Of a DNA stretch of 64,000 bases, positions 44,412 to 64,000 are shown piece by piece. The first letter of the stretch is position 1, and each line of letters begins with the position of its first letter. The DNA comes from Balanoglossus misakiensis (taxonomy: Eukaryota; Animalia; Hemichordata), in assembly GCA_040954595.2 (NCBI GenBank), contig CM082596.2, positions 1,028,736 to 1,092,735 on the forward strand, given 5' to 3'. Position numbers and translations under genes: made by a program. The notes beneath the pieces are model-generated. The model saw only the letters and a program-made list of their open reading frames with translations, made no database searches and was not told the DNA's origin.

Positions 44412-46403
44412 ATGTCCACAACTGAAGACACCATGCCAGACAAAGTCAAGGAAGAAAACGATAGAGCAGACGAGGTTGTAGCAAATGTGGAAAGCAATTC
44501 CAAAGAGCCAAGCAAGGATTATCAATGTGATGTGTGCGACTATGCTGCCCAGTCACCCACCCAGTTAACTCAGCATCAGAGGTCACATACAGGTGGGTTG
44601 GAATGTTTGCCGTTTGGTCAGTCATGGAGTAATGTTGTACTGATAACAGGGAATTCAAACAAGTGGGTGTCAATAAATCATACTTGGCAAGTCTTATCCA
44701 CAGAATGGCAATGGTTGACTCCTGACCTGGATCACCTCAATGGTGAAGGATTTCCAGAAATGTCATAAAACCATGAGCCATTGTCACAATTTGTGAGGCA
44801 AGAGATTTGACCTCTGTATTGGCAATCAGGATAAAGAACTCAACCCTCTGTTGAGTTTTGCTGCACTTTTTGAAGATTGAATAATTGGACTTTGATTTGT
44901 TTGCTTCTTCAGGTGACAGACCATACACTTGTGACATCTGTGGCTTTGCCTTCACACAGAAAGGCAATCTGACACGCCACCTGAAAACTCACAGCGACGA
45001 GAAACCTTATAAGTGTAGTGTGTGTCCGTACGAAGCGAGACGTAGAGACGCACTTCTAGCACATATGGTGACACACACAGAAGATAAGAGACATGTCTGT
45101 CAATGGTGCGGGATGGGATACAAACAGAAAGCATCGCTCCGGGAACACATGAAGAAATGTCGCCACCAAACAGCTGGGAAAATGGAAATTAAAATTCCCA
45201 AGCATATAAAAAGCATCATGGACAAAGAGCACAAAAAGCGTAAAAGTAGCACCCCAAAGAGGAACCCTGGTAAGTTGTTGGCAGTGGCTGGTCTTATGTT
45301 GAATGTTTCCATTTCTGCAGAAGCAAACCTTTCAAATTTCATTTCGTTTACAGCGAGAGACAAGTTGATTTGAATCGCATTTACTAAATCCGGACAGACT
45401 TGCAATCAAGGTGAATCAATGAATGTCTTTCTCTTTTTCTTAGATGGAGTCAAACTTAGTCGTTTAGATGAAGACAGCGATGGCATTCATGAATTAACAA
45501 AGAACGGAATAATAAATGACAGTACTGCATTGTCACAGGTGAGGGCACAATCATCATGCACACAGTTTACTTCAGCTACATGGAGATGCAAATAAACATA
45601 GACTTGTTAAAAGTCAAGGTTTTGTTTAAAACCCCATAGTTTTGAATCTGACTTGTAACAGCGCCCTCTATGGTAGTTAGGAAAAATGCAATCATCACAC
45701 ATTTCTTCTCAGCTTCTTCCAACTGGATACATCGAGTTTTTCATTTACAGCAAAAAGTTGAGATGCCAGTACATTGTTTCTTCAGATGTTACATAAACAA
45801 AACAATATCCAGCATAGTTATTTATTGAAGTAATATTAAAATTTTTGATTAATTTTCCAGGGTGTAGAAAGTACGTACAATAATGTGCTTGCCATGTATG
45901 GACACCCAATTGAAGAAAACCCCATATCACCAGTTACATCAACTGTCTATCCCCCCTCTGAAAGCAACCACACCAACCACGAGAACAACAATGTGATAGA
46001 CTATAGCCTGGGTCACGCAGTGAGGGATGTGGGCAACACAGAGAACAGCGATAATATCAGTGATTCCCTTGAAGAAAGAAGTTGTCCAAGTGAAAAGGAA
46101 AACGCAACTACATCGTCACGGCCACGGTTCTCATGGATGCAGAATGCATATGATAACGAAGATGAGCGCAGGTCTTCATCTTCATCAAAGTCTTTATGCG
46201 TCCGTTGCCACGCCGATACAGGCGTTTCACTGAATTACAAGTGTGAACATTGTCAGATTTTGTTTATGGATCACGTGATGTACACAATACACATGGGTTG
46301 CCATGGTTTCCATGACCCATTTGAGTGTAATATATGTGGTTTCCGTAGCAAAGATAAGTATGAGTTTACTTCTCATCTTGCTAGAGGTAAACATCATGAG
46401 TAG
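44412..46403 (+). CDS. IKZF1: Ikaros-family zinc finger transcription factor (pro-ortholog of IKZF1-4), 391 aa
   Basis: Exons 44412-44592, 44913-45269, 45444-45538, 45861-46403. Four N-terminal fingers (including [24 protein letters not shown] and a CCHC-type finger 4, [15 protein letters not shown]) and the C-terminal dimerisation pair [33 protein letters not shown]...[12 protein letters not shown]. Probable non-coding exon 1 near 42570-42686. Confidence 0.93.
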
Positions 46404-49400
46404 AAAGTCATTAGAGGGACAAAGTTGCTGTCTTTCAATATGTACTGTGGCTACATTTGTGTTTCTTTGGCTTGACTTTCCCATCTGTATACAAATCTGG
46501 CCATAAACAGAGGAGTTGAACTGTACAATTGACAATCCTACAGAACAACAGCAAAGCAAATTTAACCACAGTACTGTCAAAAAGTTCACAACTTTGTCTG
46601 ATAGTGTGTGATCTTGGGAGATATTGTGTTAATATGCTTTAATCAAATTATGAAATTAAACAAGTTGATATTTTAGAGTGGGAAAGTGCCTCGGGGACAA
46701 TTCAGGAAAAAAATAATGAATTAAATCTTTCATTTCTTGACCGTATTAAGGTGTGCATGCATTGATCATTTTATAGTAAAATGAATTATGGATTTTATTA
46801 ATTTTGCTTTAAGAAAACCAGCTTTCCGTTATCACGTTTGAAACTAACAAATCCTTGCACTCCTACTTCCCAGTATGTGGTATAACCCACACCAAAGGAA
46901 ACAATGGGGTTAACCCAACTTGCTTTCAGAAGTATAGTATTACAACAAATAGTATTCCTCTTTATGTTGTGGTGAACATGGTTTGGTGTGAAAATTTGAG
47001 GAAAACAGACATATCAATTTCCAGTTTAAAATTTAAAAACAACTCTTGAAGTTAGTTGTGATCAGTCTTTGCATTTCAGAACTTAGTTTTTACATAACTT
47101 TGGTTGATGTTTTGCAACTCTACATGTTGGTGCTTTTTGATGATTCAGACTCTACTAGTTGTTGCTCAAGTTATTCTAAAATTGAAATAATAGTACTAAA
47201 TTCATATTTGCTTAAAATCATAGCATGGTCAAAGTTGACAATCAAGATTTCTATGCTAACAATATCCTGATGTAGGTCACATGGTGGTCATGTGATTAAT
47301 TATTGAAAACGGTTTGCTGTTGACCAGATTTGTGAATGAATTAATGTGAAACTCTCCCCTTTAAAATCAAGCATTATAAATATGCCGACATAACCCCAGG
47401 GGTTTGCCTTTAGGTAGGAGATTTTATAGCATAGAAAATAGGGGTAGAAGGTTCAGATAGGGAGGGACATCATATGTACCAAGTACATATTGTATTTTAT
47501 TACCAGTTTAAGTACATGTACTGTAAGTTGAGGACAAGTAAAGATAGTGATGTGAATATTTGTTAGTGTTACTTGGTCTAAAACTGTCTTTTTTATTGTT
47601 TTTGCTTGGGAATTCAGGAAATCATATTTTTGTAGGGATGTGAAGTTTTCTTTAAATTAACATAATGACTCACTTTTAAACAATGCGCTCAAGATGTTTA
47701 CTCTGGTGTCTGTGTATGTAGCTTCTCAAATTCATCACCGTAATGTTTGCCTTATTACAAAGTTTTCAGATACAGATTCTGCCGTGTAAAGGCAGCCAAA
47801 TCTAATCACAGCTTTGGATTAAATATGTGATGTAAGATACATCGGTTGAAAATGCATAGCATATCATAAGCGTACTTTACACATCAGAAAGTAAATGTAC
47901 TTTTTTATTCAAAGCTTTTTAACTTTGAGAAAATACTTGTAGGCTGTATTGTGTTTACTTCTCAAACTTTTCCTGTCATTTTATTTTGATATCCAAGATT
48001 GAAAATGTATGATTTTTGTGTTGTTGTTGTTGTTGTTCTTGATGACTTCAAATATGAGGCTGTATATTGAAAAAGGCTGTTAACTTGGTGATTGCTTGAT
48101 ATGGATTGGTGCTCTTGATTGGTTGATATGGGTATTCTATTGAAGGCTGGTTTTGATTGGTCAATGTGTATTTTCAAGACATTGTCTAGCAGTGTTGCCA
48201 TAGAAATTTCATAAGAGACTTGATCATGTTTGATATGAAAACTTAATTTTTGTGTTGTCAAACATTTCTGCTAACTTGCATTATTGAGTGAAAAAGTATT
48301 AATGTTGTAAGTTTTAAACTTTTGATTTGAATCAAATTAATGTGCCATGATATTTAAATTAGTCAGACTCCCCTGATACATGAATAAAATTACCAAGTAA
48401 AACTTGGTAAATACTGATGACATATTTTTCTAATGAATAATGTGTCCCTCCTCAAGCTTGAAGCAAAATAATTTTCTGCTGACTTTGTTCGGCCTGTGAT
48501 TTGTCTTGAATATTATTATCATGCTCTTTTTTTTAAATGCATAGCATTTTGCATGAGTAAATGTAAACCAACCATGGTGATGAATATGGAACAGTTTAAT
48601 GTTTATTAATTTAATTGAATGTTAAGTGAAAAGTATGACTTTGAGAAGAAAATTGTAGGTTGCGTCTAACGCTCTGTAAGTTTACTTTCAATTATTATCA
48701 TGTGACTTTGTCAGTACTATTTGTAACTTTTTTGTGATCTACTCAGAAAACAATCTTTTCTAACTCATTGGGTAACGGGTTTTATATGATGGTGAGACTT
48801 GTAGGAATATCAGAAACCAGATTTTGGGAAATCTTTTGGCTAGGGAGCAGATTTATTTACCATAGCTAGGCAGTCAGTTTGAATGGTTTCTGATTGGATG
48901 CAACATATATCGAAATTTACATAAATATGCAGTCAGTAATTTTTTACCAATCGGCTGATAATGAGATTGTACTGTTTACAATTGATGCAAATTTTCTAAA
49001 AATGTAATTGTCTTTATGCAAAATTATCTGTGTATTTTGTTGGTGTAAAATTTTCTAATGTGGTGAATGTAAATATTTGTCTTTGTCAAATTTTTAGGTT
49101 TTTTGATAAATTGCACAAAGGAGAATACTCTTCAAATTGAGGTGTTGGTTTACCCTGTACACATCTTATATTTCTTGTGAATTTTCTATCTTTACTGGAG
49201 ATTTTTTGCACAAATGGATGAAATGTCAATAAAAAGATTTACAACATAATCGATCATTTCTATTATTGTCTTCATTCAAATGCTGCACAGTGAGACATTT
49301 CCTTCCCATAAAACGGTACAAAGCTACCATACTTCAGAAGAACAAAATTATCTTACATTATGAAACATATCTAAGGATATGGTTCTCTTACTCCCATGAC

Positions 49401-49674
49401 TATCCTTTAGCAAGAAAATAACTCATGATGGAGAAAGTTATCTTGAAACTAACTTACCTGGGAATTTCTGCTTTCGTAGCTTTCAACCTGGGAATGAATG
49501 CAAAAGCATCAGTACTTCCCTTTATTTTGTCACTCTGCTACACATTTTATGCAATTATGAGAAATAGGAGTAGTGAGTGATTTCTATTTATTGCCATGAT
49601 GTCATTTATTTGGTAAAAAAAGACGCATCATCGAACTTCCACGCACTGAGTCACCCCTGATCATTGAAATCGAC

Positions 49675-49772
49675 ATGGGCGCCCCTTTGCGGCGAAATAT
49701 ACATGCGGCTACTATGACGTCACTCCAAAATGCTTCGCGGAGTTCCAGCGTGGATGGTCAGTCGTGGAGAAG

Positions 49773-49790
<18 letters not shown>
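49675..49790 (+). promoter_or_regulatory. NSF promoter and first exon
   Basis: CRE TGACGTCA at 49715-49722, YY1-like AAGATGGCG overlapping the ATG, local CpG enrichment, and a CTCF-like motif at 49678-49693. Confidence 0.6.
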
Positions 49791-59203
<9,413 letters not shown>

Positions 59204-60651
59204 GCCTGTGTTCAGATTTCAATGTGGTACCATAAAAAGCTGCCATGTTCTGCAATGGACTTGTCCAAAACGATGCAAGGAACACCCGTTAATAGCTCCA
59301 CCACACTTCAGCTCAAACCAGCTGAATGTAACAGTAACTATTGATAGCTGTCAACTAAGTTGATGCAAAAAAGTAAGTCTTAATGACCAGAGGCAATTGG
59401 TGCCTGTGTTTTGCACACACTTCTAGAACACATCTGCCAAAAGTCATCATGCAGTGAAATACGCTGTTCTCTGAGCTGGTTGGTTGTTGGAGATCTAACC
59501 ATGAGCCTAAAGCAAGTCCGTGCATTACATTTTTCAAAGTATTTATTAATTTTGTTACTTTGAAGTGATTTCATTGAAAGTTATGTAAATAGTCGTTATC
59601 GGTACATTTCTGATTATTAACTAAGAGGAATTGACTCCTAATTGTAGAACAAAGCACTTAAAACATAATTTACGAATTGCTATAATATTGCTAAAGTATA
59701 ACCCAGAAACCTTTTCATACAGTGCTGTCAAAACAGTCCTGCCACATAGAGTTCCTGTCAGCATGCATTGAAGGATGCATATCTCACCATTAGACAATTT
59801 GAAAGCATCAAATCTTTCCTCTGGAAAGTAATTTAAACTTTGCCTGTTTTGAGTCAAGAGTGGTAGCTTTGAGTCTTGTGGATGTTCCTAAACAGTATAT
59901 ACTTTGATACTTTCTTGCGTCCGAGTTGATATAACTTCTCTTTAATATAATATGCAATACAATGTATTTCCTGTAAAATAGACTTAACGGCGCACAGTCT
60001 TGTATCTTGACAATTTATGAATTTAACATGTTGATGAGTACAAGAATGATCAACATCTATTTGTTAAGTGTGTTATCTTCAAGTGAGTGTCATATGCCAT
60101 GGATATCTGTGTATATAGTGATTTGAATAGCTAATTCTGATTGGAGAGCAGCTAAAAGTGGTTTAATGGTCAGCCAATCAGAAAAAGGCATCTACATTCT
60201 ACAACAAAATGTTTGAATTTGCATTGAAAATTCTTTAATCGTAATACGGATTGGCTGATAAAACTTGTACTTATGGACCAACTGTTGAGGACGATTTATC
60301 AAACCGTGCAATATGCTCTGGTCTCTTTATTCTTCCAACATATCTGATGTTCTAATTTGGAATAGGCTGTTAATTGTGAAACTCTGTATTGTTGAATTTG
60401 AATAGACACTTTCACAAATGTAAGTGCGAAGTTAAATATAATCATCTAAAACATCTCTCCTGTCTCCTTCACTTTATTTTTTCTTCATTATGTGTGGGTG
60501 ATTTTTCTCTTAGTTCTGATCTGTTTTTTAAATATAAAGAGACAGAGTTGCTCACTTACCGAGTGTATACTCTGATTGGAGATCACAATGTGTATCTGAT
60601 GCGAGTGAATTTGTGTGCTTGAGTGGTTATGAAATTGTTCCCCATTTCAAT

Positions 60652-60685
60652 ACATACATGTACACACACACACACACATACATAC
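60652..60685 (+). repeat. (TACA)n/(CA)n microsatellite
   Basis: TACATACATGTACACACACACACACACATACATAC immediately before the LINE fragment. Confidence 0.85.
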
Positions 60686-60699
60686 CTATTTTGATACTG

Positions 60700-61110
60700 C
60701 CAGATACTTGAGTATCTGTGGTGTAACATTCAATGAGAATAGCTCAATATCCAACCACATCTAATCTGTAGGAATGCTTGCTTGGCCCTCACAAGGATTG
60801 ACAAGATCTGCAGATTGTCGGACAAACCAGCTACTGAGAAAATGGTGCATGCTTTCATCTCATCTCAACTGGAATACCATAACTGTAAGTCTTTATTTAT
60901 AATAGATAGAATCCCAAAGAGCCATACCATATGTTCAAAATACTGTAGCTTGTATTGTTATACTTGCAAATTCAACATACCAATGTCTGTCAATTGAACA
61001 CCCCCAAGCTCCCTTACACAGTACAACACGAGTCTTGAAACACTTCAATATTACAAATAGAGATTCGTTTATTTCTGCGCAAGCTACTTGCAAGAAATGA
61101 CACATTACAG
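60700..61110 (+). mobile_element. Degenerate L2/CR1-clade non-LTR retrotransposon fragment (3' end of ORF2)
   Basis: Broken frames read GVTFNENSSISNHI..CRNACLALTRIDKICRL..ATEKMVHAFISSQLEY(H)NCKSL..YVQNTVACIV, which follows the post-RT region of L2/CR1 elements (LGVxFD..L..HI..K.VHAFISSRLDYCNSLL..VQNxAARLV). Stops and frameshifts are present. Confidence 0.8.
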
Positions 61111-61907
61111 GCCACATGTACATCACATGAAATGAGTAATAAGCAAACTACAGAAAGCAGGACTTTCTTGAAGACATATAGATCAATCCTCATGGCAATT
61201 TCCCTTAAGACCAAAATTTAATTTGTCATATCATGATAAGAGTATACCTCTATAAAGACAACATGAATGGTGCCATGAAGTGGAATATCTCAAACAAAGG
61301 TATAAGAAGTTTAAATTGTAGAAAAGAAAAATACATACTGGTAGATCTTTACACACCACCATGAAATACTGATGTGATTGAAATATTCATAGACTCATTT
61401 TGAGTTCAATCAACATTGGAAATAAATTGAAAATCTGAACATCAGATTTAAACCAATAATTAAAGCTCCTTGGGCTTGTACTGGTACATTTAATTGTAGG
61501 CTCTGTACTCTAGAATAACATAATCTTTTGTCATGATTACACTTTTGTTATCCCGAGTCTTGTTCTGCAGTTCAATCACATAATACTGGATCAGAAAAGT
61601 GTTGTATCTTGATTTCTTCAATTGAAAGGTGTGAAAGTCGTTTAAAGCTGTGGTATTAGAATCATGATGACACATCTGCTTCATTAGAACATGAACAAAA
61701 AATTCTGCAGAATTCATTCTATATTGGAAATGAATTGTGACATGGGTTGTATTTCATCTGAAGTTGGTTGACACATGAGATGTCATGTCCTATTCAACAT
61801 TTTCCCCTCACATATCTAATTGAATTTTCCTGAAATATGTTTATACTGTTTTGATTGAAACTCACCGATACTGTGAAAATAAATATGAATTGGATGCATG
61901 ATTGGAT

Positions 61908-64000
61908 TTAATCTTTATACAGTAAAGCCTCGTCCATCAAATCATCATCAATGACACAAGGACTGTCTGTAGTTGAGTGATGCGATGGTTCTGACACACC
62001 ACTGATACTGATCGGTGATTTAGTGGCTGGTGATTTCACCATCAGTGGAGATTTGGCCACTACTCCTAGTGGGGACTGCGCCATCACGCTGCGCGGTGAC
62101 TTGATTTCAGTTTCTGTCTGGGTGTCGCTGCTCTTGGATTCCAGCTTTGTCTGTGGTGCTCCGTCATCGATGACAAGACCGTCTTCATCGCTTTCATTGC
62201 CGGGACTTGGTTGTGCTTTCTTGAGGGAATCTGTGGCTGAACTCAGAGGTGGTGGCAATTTGAAACTGCTGTTTTTCTCTGTGTCGGTGCTAGCATCTAC
62301 AGTCAGAGTACTTGACTCTCCATGCATCTGAGGTTTTGACGATGATTCTGTTTCTATCAAGTAGGGCAAGTCTTCATCATCATCACTTTCTCCGCTGAAC
62401 AAATCATCCTTCTGCTGGTGGTCCATTCTGAATGCTGATCTTTCTCGATTTTCAGCAGTGCCTGGTTTCGACAGTGTGTATTTTCTGTCATCCCGATCAG
62501 AAAGACTGTTCCCATTTTTCGTTGGTTTATTATTCTCCTTCTTTCGATCCCCTGCTTGATGGCTTGTCTTCTCGTCCTGTGCTTCCAGTGGTATAACCGG
62601 AACAAACTGGTCAGTCACCATGGCAACATCTGGGCTTGCTGGTGTGGCAATCTTGCTTGTGAGATCGTCATGCTTTTTGACTTCCTCAGGGCTTTCTGGA
62701 CTCTCCCTTTCCTCCACAACTGGTTCAGAGCTCACCTTGCTCTCGGATTTACTCTTTGTTACAGAGCTTCCTGATGAGGAGACGGACAGAACTGTAGTGG
62801 GTGGGGTCATAGCCAGTGTTGTCACGGCAACAGTTCTTACCACAAGGATGGGCTTCACTTGTATAGAAGGTGGTTTTGAACTTGTACTGCCGATGTTCTG
62901 TGCTGTCACAATTTTCTGTGTTGGCTGTTTGCTGGCAGTATGTTTGGAATCACCTTTCTTTTCTGAAGGTTCCGGCGATTTCTTGTCTCGTTTGACGGTT
63001 CTCTCGGGCCCTCCTTCTTCTTTCTCACCACCTGCATCCAACCAGCTGGGCGTACCAATACTGCTCTTCACATTAACACTGCTGGCAGACTCCTTCAGTT
63101 TATCAATAACAGCTGACAGCGACCCCTTTCTTGATCTGATCGGAGATTTGGATTTGTTACCAAACAATGGCGAAGTCACCGTTTGGGTCTTTGTTGGTGA
63201 GATGACCGGAGTAGTTGGTGTTGTAGCTGTCGTCCCTGATGAAGTCGTTGTTGCAGCACCGGTTGATGTCGCAGTACTAGCCATAGAAGCAGCAGTTGTA
63301 GTGGCAGTTGTAGGCGTGGCAGACGATGGCCCCATAGAGCTGGCAGTGCTCAACAGAACTGGTTCCGGAGTTTGAGGAACTAATTTCAAAGGCGGTGGTT
63401 GAGGTCTTTTCAGTGGCTTGATTGTGACTGTTTTTGTGGAGCTTTTACTGTTAGATGAAGCATCAGTGCCGCGCTGACTTGGTGATGATTTGCCTTGACT
63501 TGAAGAACTGGACTTTATTGCTGGTTTGCTGTGACTGGGTTTGCCTGAAGGTGGTGCAACCGGTTTGACAATCATTGGCTTTTTAATCCTGGTTCCATCC
63601 TCGGATGTAATGAACACAGTTCTGATTGTTGTCTTCAGTGGTGCTGTCTGTTTTGCTGTCAGAGTGACTGTGGTGGTGGGTGTTCCCAGCTTGGGAAGAG
63701 TAACAGTGACTGGTGGTAGGCCACCAAGAGGTGGGGACTTTGATCTACTGCCATCTCCTTTGCGTCGTTTGCTACTGCGTTCTCGTTTTGAATCCTGTTT
63801 GCGCTTACTTGAACTTTCACCATCATGTTCACCTTTACGTGATTCTCTTTTCTTTCCTTTCTTCTTTCCACTCTCATACTCTGAAGATCTCTTGATTTTT
63901 ATCTCCAGCGGAGGATCAGGATGTTTCAGAACGACCGGTTTTGCCGCGCTCACTTCCTTTTCTCTACTTTCATGTGGTGACTTGATTCGAGGTGGCATGC
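61908..64000 (-). CDS. MED1: Mediator complex subunit 1, large terminal exon (partial; 5' part lies outside the window)
   Basis: Open frame >2 kb rich in S/T/K/P, with RKGSLSAVIDKLK (human KPSLTAVIDKLK) and C-terminus DDDLMDEALLYKD* (human DDDLMDVALIGN*). The ATG at 63998 is unlikely to be the true start. Confidence 0.82.
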   Translation of the reverse strand, partial: MPPRIKSPHESREKEVSAAKPVVLKHPDPPLEIKIKRSSEYESGKKKGKKRESRKGEHDGESSSKRKQDSKRERSSKRRKGDGSRSKSPPLGGLPPVTVTLPKLGTPTTTVTLTAKQTAPLKTTIRTVFITSEDGTRIKKPMIVKPVAPPSGKPSHSKPAIKSSSSSQGKSSPSQRGTDASSNSKSSTKTVTIKPLKRPQPPPLKLVPQTPEPVLLSTASSMGPSSATPTTATTTAASMASTATSTGAATTTSSGTTATTPTTPVISPTKTQTVTSPLFGNKSKSPIRSRKGSLSAVIDKLKESASSVNVKSSIGTPSWLDAGGEKEEGGPERTVKRDKKSPEPSEKKGDSKHTASKQPTQKIVTAQNIGSTSSKPPSIQVKPILVVRTVAVTTLAMTPPTTVLSVSSSGSSVTKSKSESKVSSEPVVEERESPESPEEVKKHDDLTSKIATPASPDVAMVTDQFVPVIPLEAQDEKTSHQAGDRKKENNKPTKNGNSLSDRDDRKYTLSKPGTAENRERSAFRMDHQQKDDLFSGESDDDEDLPYLIETESSSKPQMHGESSTLTVDASTDTEKNSSFKLPPPLSSATDSLKKAQPSPGNESDEDGLVIDDGAPQTKLESKSSDTQTETEIKSPRSVMAQSPLGVVAKSPLMVKSPATKSPISISGVSEPSHHSTTDSPCVIDDDLMDEALLYKD

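Noticed and set aside
62620-63375. 251-aa plus-strand V/G/L-rich ORF
   Set aside because: Antisense shadow of the low-complexity T/S/P-rich MED1 exon.

Overview
AT-rich, intron-containing animal genomic DNA, not prokaryotic. The gene content suggests an invertebrate deuterostome (inference only). Nine protein-coding genes were rebuilt by hand from splice sites with consistent reading frames: ERG28 (-), a plant-type single-domain exostosin/GT47 glycosyltransferase (+), NABP/SOSS-B (-), TMEM41A (-), an LRR + death-domain protein like LRRD1 (-), a DLK/LZK kinase like MAP3K13 (+), an Ikaros-family zinc finger (+), NSF (+) and the last exon of MED1 (-, cut by the window edge). There is also a decayed L2/CR1 LINE fragment, two long imperfect hairpins, microsatellites and local duplications. 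Most notable: the GT47 gene resembles plant cell-wall enzymes rather than animal EXT1/2; the kinase gene could make a short isoform lacking its SDGYSD activation motif; and the gene set maps to the vertebrate Hox-linked paralogon. Gene identities come from recalled family motifs, not from database searches.
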